From Conidiobolus incongruus B7586 (Eukaryota), in contig JNEM01013441.1 in the NCBI GenBank assembly GCA_000697335.1, positions 1-64,000 of the forward strand: a stretch of DNA of 64,000 nt, in the 5' to 3' direction. Within the stretch, counting starts at the first letter, position 1. Every line of letters starts with the position of its first letter. A program made the translations under genes and the position numbers. The notes under the pieces were generated by a model. The model did not search any database. It was not told the DNA's origin and was given only the letters and a program-made list of their open reading frames with translations. Positions 1-13,673 of the stretch are shown here, piece after piece.

Positions 1-749
1 TATAACAATAGAATATTAATATTATATAGAAGAAAACTTAATATAAGAATAATATAATATAAAATATAATAATATAATAAAAGATTATAAATAAAATTTA
101 ATTAAACCATAAACTAAGATAAATCACTAATATATTAAAATTTATATTAAGTAGTATTAATATACTATAATATTAATAAAATATAGTCTTAATTTTAAAA
201 ATAATATAAAAGATAAAAAGTAATAAAATTTTAAGAAAAAAAAACCAAGTTTATTAAATAAAATAATATTATTTATATAATCAATTTAGCTATAAAAGTA
301 TAAATTATTCATACAATTTATAATTAATTAAAATATATAAAAATATAAATAAGAATGTAAAGAACTAATTTTTTAATATTCTTTATTAATAAATAAATCC
401 TTTTAATTAAATTATTTAATTATTTAAAGCATAAATTTTATAAATATTTCAAATATTATAATTTTAACTATTAATAAAACATATATAGACAAATATATTT
501 ATTTAAATTAAATATTTAATAAAACCTTTAATATTATTTTTACCAATATATTATATATTTTAAAATTTAAAATTTAAAATTTAATTAACCAATAAAAATA
601 TAAAATAGGAATATTGATATTTAATCAAAATATAATAAAATTAATATAATTTCATTTGAATAAATCTTATTAAATATAACTAAAATGCATATATTTTATA
701 ATAAATTATTATAGTTAATAAATTATTAATTTTTTATATAACTTTTTAT

Positions 750-2061
750 TATTACTTTATATTTTTAATAATAGGAATTTTTTGCAATTAAAAATAAATA
801 AATATTTGAATATATAATATATAAAAAAAAATATATAATATAAATTTAATAGTTTCTTTTAATATTAATAACTTTTTGCTATACTTTTAGCAAACTTCTA
901 ACACTTAAAAAATAGTTCTTTTTATTAAAAACTAAAATTTGATGTTTCACAAACCAATTAAATTTTCCTGTAGAAATTTTCTTTTCTATAAACTAGTTTT
1001 TTAATTGCCTAAAGTAATTATAATTAAATAGGTTATAATCAGGGGAATATACTAGATGTGGTAGTTCTTTCCAGTTATTTTTAATTAGAAAGTTTTTTAC
1101 AGCTTTAGATTTATGTATTTTACAATTATCATGCAAAATAATAGGTTTTCTTAAATTATATTGAGAACACCAATTAGAAATACTTTTATTTAAAAAAGCA
1201 ATATATAGTTTACTATTAATTAAGTTTCCTTCAGGAACTAAATAAGAATAGCATATACTATTATAATCTATTATAATAATTAACATTTACTTATTAACAA
1301 AATGTTTATTTAAAGGGATTTGTGGAGGGGGTTGATTAAGCTTAATCTAGCATCTTGATTTGTGTTTTAGTAAAGGATTATATATAGAGATCTAAGATTC
1401 ATTAATTGTAATTATTTATTGTAAAAGTTTAGGCTTCTAATAATATTTTAATAGGTTTTATTTAACAATAGCTACTCTAGCTTTTTTTTAAACTTTAGTT
1501 AAATTATAAAGTACCTATTTTATATTTTTATTTATGAATTTTAGTTTAAACTTTAAAATATATAAAATACTTATAAAACTAATATTAAAGTGCTTAGATA
1601 ATTCTCTAGCTGAAATAAAAAAGTACTTTTCAATATATTTTTTCACTCTATTTACAATTGAAAGAGTAATAGTTGAAGTTAGTTTTCTAGATTTTAGCAG
1701 GTTTTAAATAGTTTCTCTCCTAGCTTTAAAGTAATTTACTTAGTAATAAATTGTTAATTTAGATAATACTTTATTACTAAAAGCTACTTGTAAATTTTAA
1801 ATAATTTTAGAGGGTTTATGGTTAAGTTTTACTAATACCAAAATAAAAAACTTTTGATGATTACTATTTAGTTTAAGCATGATTAAATTAAACAACTAAT
1901 TTTAAAAAGTTAATTTTTTAATCAAAAAAACTAATATATATATATATTAAAAATATATAATTTTCTATTAACTTTATATATATTTATTTATTTCAAACTA
2001 ATAATATATTTGAAAAATCAGAAATTAAAAAATTTCCCATTATTTTAAATTCAAGGTAATA
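750..2061 (-). mobile_element. Tc1/mariner DNA transposon relic, ~1.3 kb, with degenerate terminal inverted repeats
   Basis: Left end TATTACTTTATATTTTTAATAATAGGAATTTT (from 750) aligns imperfectly with the reverse complement of the right end, TATTACCTTGAATTTAAAATAATGGGAAATTTT (to 2061). Both ends begin with TA, they enclose a transposase pseudogene, and the size is typical of mariner. Confidence 0.7.
846..1880 (-). pseudogene. Mariner transposase pseudogene (many stops)
   Basis: Manual translation of the minus strand gives motifs in the expected order: FKARRETI*NLLKSRKL (HTH1/GRP region), K*VLYNLT (WVPHEL), IITINES*ISIYNP (IVTGDExW), ILHDNCKIHKS (LHDNARPH), LPHLVYSPDYN (LPHPPYSPDLAP), and C-terminal LLKV*QKVINIKRNY (LPxRWQKVIxxxGxY). 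Confidence 0.9.
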
Positions 2062-3669
2062 AAATACTTATTAAAATTTTAGTTAGAAAATTTAATTAAA
2101 TTTATATAGTCTAATAAATTAATGTTTTGATTATAAACAAAAGTTATTTAATATATTAGATTTTAATAACATATATTATTATAATTTAGTCTTTAAAAAA
2201 ATCAATAAATAATAAGCTTTATATTATATTTTTGAATATAATTTTATTAAATTAATCTTTTTAATTAAAATTAAAAAATATATAAAATTATAGTTACAGA
2301 AAATATTCCAAATAAAAATAATTAGAAAAAGCTACCAAGTTTAATATATTTATTAGGTTATAATTTAAGTGATTATTATTGCTTTAGGTAATTAAAAAAT
2401 AAACTTATAAAAAAGAAAATATTTGTAAATAAATTTAATTAATTTGTGTAATATTAAATTATAATTTTTATATAATTTATTATTTTTTAAAATTTTAATA
2501 ATTAGCCAAAAATATAATAAAATATTATGAACAATTAAATAGTGTTTTAATTTTATATTATATTTTTATTTTGATTTTTATTTAAAATCTAAAAAGTTTT
2601 ATTTTTCAAAGTTATAACTATAATTATAATTATATTCATGATTTTTGAAATTTTGAAAAAGATTATTTTTGTTAATATATTACAAGTTTAAGAATAGTTT
2701 AAAATACCTATGATATAAACTTTATTAAGAGTTTATTTATAGATAAAATCAAATGATGGAATAAATCATTGTATTCAAATAAATATATTATAAAATTGAT
2801 AAAAGAGTTTATTAAAAGATTTTATTAATCACCCAAAAAATCAAAAATTTAACCAACTAAAAAAATATTCTTACTTAAACCTATAAATTAGATATACATC
2901 TTAAACAAAACTAATGAAAGTATTATTATAAAATACTTTCAGCTACTGTGAATATAATATTTTGAAAATCTTGGGAAAAAAATGAATAAGATATTGGGAA
3001 AATTTCAAAATAAACTCATCTTGTAATGATATGTAAAAAATTTAGATATCGAATTTTTAATATATATATATATATATTTATTTTTTTATTTATTTATATT
3101 AAATTTCAGGGTTTCAAAAATATCAAATCGTTTTACCGGATTTTGTAAACTAGTAATGAAAATATATATCGAAATATATATTTTTTATTAATTATTCTAT
3201 AAAATCACATTAAATTTTAAATAATAATTTTGCTTGATTTTATATTGATCATATTTATAAAAAATATCATTTTACAATATTAATCTAACAATTGAATAAT
3301 TCGTATGGTGATACTTGAATATTTATAAAACTGTATATTGTCATATGACTAAATGGTTAATATAATATAAAATGATATATTTCATAGTTTTTACAATGAT
3401 ATTCATTAGGTGAATTCATTTTAACTATTCATTTATTAAACAAAATAGAAATAATTATATGATACAAATGAAATCGTTTGAATATTATTTACTATGACCA
3501 CTTCCCAATCAAATCAAAAATTATTTATGTTTGTCAACAAGTTTATTTTGAAAATTAAGGCTAATGAGATGTGTTTGAATTTTCAAAACTAAGCATATGA
3601 AATAATCAAATTGAGTGTATATCATTTATAGTTTAACAAATGTCATTATACACATTGTAAATGTAAATA

Positions 3670-4838
3670 TTAAGACAAACGATTACGCTGCTTTGCCAAT
3701 TCTTTAAATAATTTCATCGATTCATCTTCTTGAGCTTGGTATTTGGCAACTTTGGACTGAAGCTCTTCCATTTTCTCTGCTTTGGCTCTTTCCCTCCTTT
3801 CATTGCGCTTCTTTTCAGCTTGTAGACTAAAAAATAATGTATTAATCTTCAATGTTTTGAAAATTATAAAAAACTAAGATTACGCTTTTTGGAAAGAATC
3901 AGTGTCACCCATTAAATCAGCATCATGAAATTCGATTTCTGGACTTGGTTCCTTTTTGTGATAAGCATTAATCATTTTCTTTTTTTCAAGCATTGCTTCT
4001 CTAATCAAAGTTAATTAAAATAAATAATTTAATTAAATTAAATATATTTACTTTCCAACCGGTTTAGGTACTAACTCCTCCATAACCATTTCATGATGCT
4101 TTTTCAATCGTTTATCGGCACTTTTAGAATATTTTGATTCAAATTTTGGCTCACCTATCTCTTTGTTAATAAACTTTGGGATAAAAAATACCTAATCATA
4201 GAATATTACCAATTCGTTCTCTCTTGACTGAACTAAGATCTATATTTTAAACTTAATAAAATTTAAATTAATATAACAAATAAGGATATACTATGATCAT
4301 TATCAATTTTTGTATCTAATTTTTCATCCTTATCTTTATCAACTTTGTTCGTTTCATTATGAACTAAACTTTTAACTCTATCAAGTTCTACCTCATTCTA
4401 TTAAAGTTAAATTAATAAATATAATATATTAAAATAACAATTTATACAATATTTTTAGTAAAATTCCATTTATATCTAGTATTGTTGTTGGAATCCAAAT
4501 CTTTAAAATTATCTTCGTTATAATATTTATCTTTTATATAAAATTATTAATTAAATAATAATATTAAATATTTAATTACATACCATCTAATTCACCATAA
4601 TTCCATTTTTTAATAAATTTATCAAAATATTCTCTCTGTTCGTAACTTTTCAATTCGTCAAAATAAATATGATATCGTTTCTTTAACCAATAACGAAATT
4701 CGGTACTTTTGTTAAAGTAATCGGATTGAGAAATTCCTTTGAGATTGTATTAATATGTGTTAATATATGACCTAATTATAATTTACTTTCAATATGATTA
4801 GGTTTTACTTTATTAGAATTACTTTTTGAATCACCCAT
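3670..4838 (-). CDS. Conserved multi-exon nuclear protein, SCI1 (style cell-cycle inhibitor 1)-like family
   Basis: ATG at 4838 (MGDSKSNSNKVKP). Exons encode ISNPDYFNKSTEFRYWLKE...FDKFIKKWNYGEL, then EELVPKP/EAMLEKKK and a charged C-terminal helix (ORF 3670-3852). GT-AG introns. The family name is recalled from motif resemblance. Confidence 0.6.
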
Positions 4839-5165
4839 TGTTATTAATTGTAATTTTGCATGTATGAAATCCTAGGGACTGTAAATTTAATTGAGCATTT
4901 AATTAAATAAAGTTTATGGGACTTGGAAAATTATTTATGAACCTGAAATAATTTCAATGTGGAATTGATGTTGAATAGATTTTGAACAAAATATTTATTT
5001 TAAAATCGAATAAATCATAATTAACAATGCTAATATAATAATCATCAAAAATCTAAGTGATAAAATGAATAAACATATTTAATTAAGGATATATTATTGA
5101 ACTCAATATATTAATTGAAATAATAATTTATTAAAAATGGCAAAATTTGATAAAAAATCAAAAAA

Positions 5166-8100
5166 TTATTGTTTAGTATTCATAACAACGGTAATACCTG
5201 TTTGAGCTTCGGTAGAAGGCTTGCTAGCTAAAGATTCGTCCAGAGTAGAAGCGATGGAGATTTCTTCACTTCCTTTAATCAAAGATTGGATAAGTTGCTT
5301 TTGCTCGGTCAAAAGTTTCAAAGAAGCATCATTGGCGACGATAGTTAAGAGAGCACCTTTAAGAACATTGTTATCGGCCATAAGTGATCTTGAAGCTTTG
5401 ACAACATTGTAAGCAATATCGAATTCGGCTTCAGTTTCGGCACTGGCAAAGAGTTCATTGGCAAGAGGGTACTTGGCAATACAGATGGATTCAGCCTTAG
5501 TTTCCTTGATGTGAGGAAGTCTCTGCCACAATTCTTCAGTTAAGAAAGGCATGAAGGGGTGGAGAAGTCTCAAACCGTTATCCAAGCAGATGTATAAGGT
5601 TTCTTGAATAGATTGACGAGCTGAAGCAGCTTCGGCAGAGGTATCAGCGAGAACAGGCTTCATGGCTTCCAAGAAGACGTCACAGAGTTCATATAACCAG
5701 AAGTTATAGACAGCGTTGGTAGCATTCATGAAGTTACGTTCAGAGAGAGCTTGGTTGGTTTCAATGACAGCTTGGTTCAATTTGTGGAGGATCCATTTTT
5801 CAACCAAAGATTCCTTACCAGTAGGATTGGCATTGGCACGAGGAGTGAAGTTGGAATCTAACTTCAATAAAGCAAAACGGGTAGCATTCCAGAGCTTGTT
5901 ACAGAATTTACGGTAACCGTGAACACGTTGAATATCCAAGTTAATATCGCGACCACCAGAAGTGTAGGCACAGAGAGCGAAACGGAGGGCATCAGTACCA
6001 CATTCGGGGATACCCTTGGGGAAGTCAGCCTTTTGACCTTTGGTAGCTTTTTCAATTTCTCTAGGGTCCAAGTTTCCTAAAGTCAATTTGTGATGAAGTT
6101 CTTCAAGGGTGATACCTTCAATGACATCAACGGGATCAATGACATTTCCTAAAGACTTACTCATCTTACGACCATGAGCATCACGAATCATAGCATGACA
6201 GAAGACTTCAGAGAAAGGAATCTTGCCGGTTAACTTGATACCTAACATGACCATTCTAGCAACCCAGAAGAATAAAATATCCCAACCAGTTTCCAAAAGA
6301 GAAGTAGGGTAGAATTTTTCGAAATCGGGAGTCTTTTCGGGCCATCCAAGAATAGAGAAAGGCCACAAACCAGAACTGAACCAAGTATCGAGGACATCTT
6401 CATCTTGTTCCAAGGTGAAGGTTTTACCAGCAAATTTGGCTTCAGCTTTAGATCTGGCTTCTTCTTCGGTTCTGCCAGAAATCCAAAATTCACCATCATC
6501 TTTATTTTGATCTTGTCCTTCGATATTGACGAAGTAGACAGGGCAACGGTGGCCCCACCATAATTGACGAGAGATACACCAGTCTTGAATGTTTTCGAGC
6601 CACTTGAACCATTGTCTTTCAGAAAGTTTGGGAGAAATGCTGATTTCACCAGATTCGACAGCCTTGATAGCATCACCAGCCAAAGCCTTACAGTTGACCC
6701 ACCATTGGGGCTTGAGAACGGGTTCAATGATATCATTAGACTTAGAGCAGAGAGGGACAGTCATTGGGTTATCCTTAGATTCGATGTAGAGACCCAAGGC
6801 CTTGAGATCTTCAATGATCTTGTTACGGACATGGAAACGCTTCATACCTTGGTAAGGAGCACCATTTTCATTGAAAGTACCATCATCGTTCAAAATGTTG
6901 ATGAAGGGGAGGTTATGACGCTTACCAACTTCATAATCGTTAAAGTCATGAGCAGGAGTAATCTTGACAGCACCAGTACCAAAGGCCATATCAACAGCGA
7001 TATCGTCCAAGACAATGGGAATTCTTCTCTTATTGAAAGGATGGATGACATATTTACCATGAAGATGAGTGTAGCGTTCATCCTTAGGATGAATAGCAAT
7101 AGCAGTATCACCAAGCATAGTTTCAATACGAGTAGTGGCAACAATAATCTTTTCATCGGAATCTTCAACAGGATAAGCAAAAGAGTGGATGACACCAAAT
7201 TCGAATTGTTCTTTGGGATCATAACCAGGAACAGATAAGAGGGTTCTACCAGTCAATTCCTTGTTTTCGACTTCCAAGTTGGATAAGGTGGTATTAAGCT
7301 TAACACACCAGTTGACTAATCTGTTGGAACGGTAGATAATACCTTCTTCGTGTAATCTGACGAAACATTCAACGACAGCCTTGCTCAAAGATTCATCCAT
7401 GGTGAATCTAGCTCTATCCCAATCGTAAGAGCCACCGAGTCTCTTCAATTGAGAGTAAATTCTATCACCATATTCTTTTTTCCATTCCCAAACCTTTTCA
7501 ATGAACTTTTCACGACCAAGATCATGTCTAGTTTGTTGACCATTCTTCCACAAAGTCTTTTCAACGACGGATTGAGTAGAAAGACCAGCATGGTCACAAC
7601 CAGGGTTAAATAAAACGGTCTTACCCAACATACGGTTCCAACGAACCAAAGTATCTTGAATGGCAACAGTTAAACCGTGTCCAATGTGTAAGGAACCAGT
7701 AATGTTTGGAGGGGGAGCAGGAACAACGAAAACACCTTCAGGGGAGATATTTCCTTTTTCGTCCAAATTAGGGCTGAAGAATTTTTGCTTGACCCACCAT
7801 GAATACCAAGCGGATTCAACATATTTGGGATTGTAACTTGAAGGGAATTCACCGGTGGTATCTAATCATTGTAGTTATTATTAAATTAAAGAAGAAAATT
7901 TAATTTTAATAAAATTACTTTTCTTTTCACCTTCAGGAGTAGTATCAACATATTCAGCTTCATGAGCCTTGGCTTCCTTTTGCTTCTTTTCAGCTTTTTT
8001 ACTGGGACCCTGAAATTAAAAATTAATGTTAGGAATTTCTAAATATTTAAATAAAATAATTACTTGAGCTTGTTTAGCAGCTTGAGCAGCCTTCTTAGCA

Positions 8101-8264
8101 GCGAATTTGGCCAATTTTTCTTCTTGAGCCTTCTTCTTAGCTTCTAATTTAGCCAAACGCTTAGCTTCTTTTTCGGGATCGACGGGGGCAGCATTAGCTT
8201 TGGGGTCTAATTGGACATTTTCCAACTTTTGATTGAGTTGATCAATTTGCTCTGGATTAGACAT
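5166..8264 (-). CDS. VAS1: Valyl-tRNA synthetase (3 exons: 8264-8064, 8009-7919, 7861-5166)
   Basis: PPPNITGSLHIGH (HIGH motif), KMSKS, DWCISRQLWWGH, lysine-rich N-terminal extension. Two GT-AG introns join in frame. Confidence 0.97.
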
Positions 8265-11200
8265 GGTTTAAAATATCAATTTTATCTTATCTAAATTATT
8301 GGCATTAGATTTCAGATCAAAATAGATTTTTACATTTAAGATGATTAACCCTATTGATTTAATTTTTTGAAATTATATATAATTAATTATATAGGATTAT
8401 AAAAGCTTACAAAATGAAATTGATAAAAGATGATATGATCTATCAATTTAAACTGAAATTATCAATTTAAATAATTTAATTCAATACTTTAAACTATGGG
8501 ATAAATTTTATATTCTGAATACTCTATTCTAGATCATTGAATTTTTGATTAAGTATTAGATTCTCAGCAAATGTCAAACTTTAAAACAGGTAGAAAAATT
8601 TCAAAAATAGTATTAATGACAAAATTCTAGTCTAATTTACTAAAATACTCATCAAAAAAATTTGGAAATAATATTGTCATTACTCGATTAGGAAATGAGA
8701 ATGTCGATTTATCATTTTTTATCCAGATTTTTAACAATTAAGGATACCAATCAACATATAATGATTATCAATTTTATTATTAATTTTTAACATTGAATAT
8801 GTTTATTTTAGTGTTCTTTTGATTAAAGCTTTATTATAATGACTTTTCAGATTAACTAGCATTTATTTAATAAATTGCAAAAATATCTCAATCATTTAGT
8901 TAATAAACACTAGAAAAATAACATTTATATAACAATCAACAAATGAATATTACTAATATACATTGAGAGATAGATATATTAGAAAAATGTACAGTATCAA
9001 TTGGAGAATAACCCATTTCTTTACCGACCATGATCCAGGACTTCAGTTCTCGAAATATTAATAAAAAATTCAAATAATTAGATCATTAGATAAAAATATT
9101 ATTTGTATATATTATATCAATTAGACAACAATTGGCATTGGTTAATAGTTACAAAATGTATAATATAAATTAATAAGAAACTCCAATTACTTTTATAATT
9201 CCAGATCTCAAGTTGGATAATATAAAATTAAAATATATAACAATTTTTCTTCTGTAAATTGATTAAATTTCGCATATTAACTCCTTCAATGAATTGATTG
9301 AATATTCATTAGAATTGTAAAATTTCAAATTTTAACCAATAATGACTTTATATATTAGTGTTAAATAAGTTTTAAACAATATTTAAACTTGAATTTTAAT
9401 ATTATTGTATTTTTAGTTGTCATAATCTGGATAGTAAAATTTTGTCTGGTGAAACACCAAATCTATTATTAGTAAAACGATTGAATTATTGGTTGCTCAT
9501 ATTTGAATTTTGATATACTAGTAATATTTAATAATAAAATTTACTTAAATCTTGTATAAAATTTTTCAAATACCTATATATTACTATAATACTTTTTTCA
9601 TTTTATTAAATTTATGTTAATTTAATATATATTTCTGTATTTCAATCTTTAAATTTTCAAATATATATTAATATTAAAAGTATAAATTAAATCTTGTGTA
9701 TTATATATAAAAGTATTATCAAGTGATATAATATCAATACGCATTTACATGTAACAAATATTAGATGAACAGCATATTTGAAATAAAATCAAATCAATAA
9801 TATATATATTAATTAGCCAATATTTAATCTTAAATATATAAAATTTCATAAATTTCAAACATTTATTTTCGAATGATATTTTGGTGCAATTATAAAGAAT
9901 ATTTATATATTTTTTTAATATTTTAAAACAATATAATAATAAAACAACATTAGAAAATCTTGAATATTTTTTATTAAATTTTGAATATATTATAATATAT
10001 ATATTGATTGTATATTTAAAATTTTGAATATATCAAACCTAATGAGTATTTCATTTATTAAAGTTTTTTTGTAAATATATAAGTTAGTAATAATATAATC
10101 ATCTTTAATAATAATTGAATATTATTTATTATATATTAGACCATACTCTTAATTAGTATATGATTAAGATTATAATATTAATGATATTATAAAAGTTATA
10201 TAAAACTTAAATTACTCCTTAATAAACGGAATTGACTTTATGTTGAAACAAGTGATAAGAATTTGAAGATAACAAATAATAATTGTTAATAAAATATATA
10301 TGCTATTTTAAATTAGAAAAAAATTAAGAATTGCTACTTTAGACTTGTGATAATTTAGATTTAAATAATCTTTTAGTTGAATATAATTTATTGAGTTTCA
10401 AATAAACGAAGCTTTATTCAAATATGGTTATAATAGCAATGTGATATAACTATGATATAAATTGATCAATAGTCTTTTATGTCCAAAATTTAGAGAATAA
10501 TTTCAAAATAATTTAGTTTCCTTTTTTGTTTTAAAGTGAATATTTAATCGATATACTGTTTTTTATGCTTGATAGATGATTATTCAATAAATACTTAACC
10601 CTGTATAAGTTTAGAATGGCTGAAATCTTATAATAAAATGAACATTAGTTTGAATTGAAACTAATAACTAGTAGATTAATTCTATAGTAGGATATTATTT
10701 CATAAAATTTTAAGCATAGAAATTAACTATTAGTTAAGTAATTGAAATAAATACAGCTTCTTGTTAAGGTGTTAAATTTGATACATAAATTTTGTAAAAA
10801 ATGTCATCATTAATATTATATTAAAAATATTTTATAAGTTGAAATTTCAAAATTTTCTTTAATATTAATTAACCCTTATCGATGTATATACAGATTTATT
10901 ATCCAACTATAAAATAATATCTGAAGGTTTGAATATAATTAGTATAGTTGATAAGTATGGATATATAGAATTACTCCATTATGTTGTCATGTAAGAAAGT
11001 AATATTTTATTAATCAAAATACAATTTTTCATGATTGATTATAAATTTATTTTTTAACATTCTAATAATCAATCTAAATAAATATTTAATAAACCTTGAA
11101 AATAATTCAAAATTCAAATAACTGTTATGTATCACAATTGTCTAATTAATATCAAGTCATAATGAACCCAAGTCTAAAAGTTTCTTTTAGCAACAATTAA

Positions 11201-11454
11201 TTTGAAAACTTTTGAAATCGTAATTTTAAAACTTATAATCCCAAATCCGAATATCAATCAATTTCCATTATAATCTGAAACGTATTCCAGCCCCAATTAT
11301 TTGTACTTTAAGAAGTTTAAATAAATTATTAATTGATATAAATAGGGATACACAAATATCCAATAAATTTAAACTGGTTCCTGAATTATATTTATAAAAT
11401 AATTTTTTTATAAAATTATGTTTACTCTTTTTTCTTTTAATAATTTTGATAAAG

Positions 11455-12059
11455 ATGAATAATCAGAATATGGATATAAGTAAATAATGGAATCGGTTGA
11501 AATAATGAATCAATACTAATATTTGAAATATAGCGTTATTTGGGATTATTCAATTAGATACTACTATAAAATGGATAATTACCATAATTATCATCAGCTT
11601 GACTTCTGTAGGAGAAAGATTATTAAGTTTAGTCTTAGACAGATTTCATTATAGGTACTGATATTATTAAACATTAAACATTATACATTAATACTTATAT
11701 TTTTTTTTCTAGTAAAAGTTTTCAATCAAAAGAATATCTATTTAAAATGCTATTATTTGGTTTAACTACCCTAATTCGATATTTATTAATGTTAGCAGTT
11801 ATGAATTATTCTTTTATTTTAATTACTACAACGGTAACTATAAATTATATAGTGTTATGTTTTGTTAATTAATATCTGGTAAAGGTTGTGTCTTTGACAA
11901 TTGGCCAAACTATTTCAGAAATTTTAAAAAATAGGTTAGTATTTATATATGGGTATATTATTATATTTTGGTTTTAATAAGGTGTTTAGATGGGGTAATA
12001 CAACTCAAATTGACGAAGGAGATGCTGAATTACCTTTAAATGAATCATTTAATAAGTAA
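11455..12059 (+). CDS. Small Ctr (SLC31) copper transporter family protein, ~5 exons; absent from ORF track
   Basis: Spliced translation MNNQNMDI/TLFGIIQLDTTIKWIITIIIISLTSVGERLLSLVLDRFHYS/KSFQSKEYLFKMLLFGLTTLIRYLLMLAVMNYSFILITTT/VVSLTIGQTISEILKNR. Contains the Ctr TM2 MxxxM motif (YLLMLAVMNY, 11789-11803). Intron phases are compatible; the last-exon acceptor is ambiguous. Confidence 0.75.
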
Positions 12060-12262
12060 ATTATCATTTCACAAATAAAAAATCAAAATAATTTTGCAAT
12101 AATCAAGCTATCTATCATATCATAAAGAATAATTTATATAGTCAATTGGTCAACTTAATAACAACCAATAAATTATGAACAAATTAATAAATATTTAATC
12201 AATTATAAGCAATACAATAATATGATAACAAATTGTGTAACTTTAATATATTTATTAAATAA

Positions 12263-13366
12263 TTAATTTTGGATATTATTTAAAATAGTAACCTTCAATT
12301 GAGTAATTTTATCAAATTGATTAACTAGCTTATTTAAAGGATGATTGATATCGAATAAGTTGTTAATTAAAAATAAAATAGAAAATAATGTTATATCCAA
12401 TTCGTTAGGTAAACTATAATTAAAGTTAATAAATATGTGAATGATATAAGATGGTAGATTTACTTTGAATTTGAGAAATATTCGCCTTGTAAATTGGTAT
12501 TGAGTTGATTTAAAATCAATTCAATATCTGTCAAAATCTATTTAAAATATATATATTAATTATAATTTTAATAAAATAATAAAAAAGTCTTACATCATCA
12601 TGGCTCAAATTAGATAATCTCTCACCAACCTTTTGCAAGGTATCGTTTTGATATTGTTTGGATAGGGATTGATTTAATGGGAATGGCTGATTTTTAAACC
12701 AATTATTTTTTAAAATAGAATCATAGCCATCAGTAACGATGAAGTAATCCTAGATAATATTTAATAATTATAGACAAATAAAAATAATTATGATAATTTA
12801 CAAGTCCTAATCCCAATTTTTGTTCTACTAAATAAACTAAACTGAAATCATCTAAGTTCAGGTTCTAAAATATGATAAAAATCCATTAATATTATTATAA
12901 ATTAATATATTACAAATTATAAATACCTTATTAAATTTTAACAAATCATCCATCTCTTTAAGGATTGAAGGTTCTCCTTTAGGATTTAATAAAAATGGTA
13001 GCCTGCCTGTATTTCATTATTTTAGCTCAGACTATTATTAATAAATATTATAAAGATAATAATTACCAATTGGTGACATTAATTGACTGTTAGCAATTTC
13101 AATATTAACATTTTCTTGAGGATAAAAGTGCAAATAAATCTAAATGCAATAAATTAAAACAATTGGTAAATTTATACTATAAGATAATTTACTTGATATT
13201 TGAGACTTTGCCACTCTCTGGAATATTTCAGTTCATTGCTGATATAAGGAGCAATAAATAGAGTAGAAGTAGTTGATTTGGAAGAGGTGCTGGAAGTAGG
13301 GTGGATAATTAATGGAAATTTATTTGGGATAGTTTTAATGGATTTGGGTAATAAATTTGATAACAT
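12263..13366 (-). CDS. Metaxin/Sam35-like mitochondrial SAM complex subunit (multi-exon)
   Basis: Exons read MLSNLLP...FPL...LFIAP...WQSLKYQ/IYLHFY...MSPI/GRLPFLL... and a C-terminal GST-like helix LPNELDITLFSIL. SPxGxLPFL is the metaxin N-domain signature. Confidence 0.6.
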
Positions 13367-13416
13367 CTTTTAATTTATTCGTATTATGATTTCGTTATTA
13401 ATAAAAAACAATATTA

Positions 13417-13673
13417 TGAATGAAGAAGATTTTTATTAGACCTAAGGACGAATAAAAGCGATATTTTGCAGAATATATTGATCCGTAACTTGTGGGATCT
13501 ACCCAAAGATACGGTTCCAGAGTTAAGGGTTTTGTTTGTATTGGGAGTTATTGGGGATAAAGTAATAACAGTATACTTAAGAGTGGGAGGGGATTGTAAA
13601 TGTTATTATGGGGTATGGAATGGTGTTAGCAGTTTAAGGACTTACTAAGGTCCAAAAAAAAAAAAAAAAAAAA
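13417..13673 (+). mobile_element. Short poly(A)-tailed retroposed insertion (5'-truncated LINE end or SINE) with 14-bp TSD
   Basis: AAAAAACAATATTA is directly repeated at 13403-13416 and 13668-13681. There is an A20 tail at 13654-13673, a hairpin GGACTT-ACTA-AGGTCC immediately before the tail, and a G-rich interior unlike the flanks. Confidence 0.7.

Noticed and set aside
5221..7852. Numerous overlapping or antisense ORFs within ValRS (likewise within the ATPase, GH16, NDUFS2 and Met8-Met1 genes)
   Set aside because: These are shadow ORFs produced by biased codon usage and show no recognisable motifs.
8490..9500. Coding-like patches on the minus strand (e.g. IFRELKSWIMVGKEMGYSPID)
   Set aside because: Stops occur in all frames and no family is recognisable. 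It may be a decayed gene, but I cannot support a call.
13438..13653. Possible RNase MRP/P, U12 snRNA, SRP or telomerase RNA in the G-rich island
   Set aside because: The required conserved boxes were not found, and the TSD plus poly(A) tail explain it better as a retroposed insertion.
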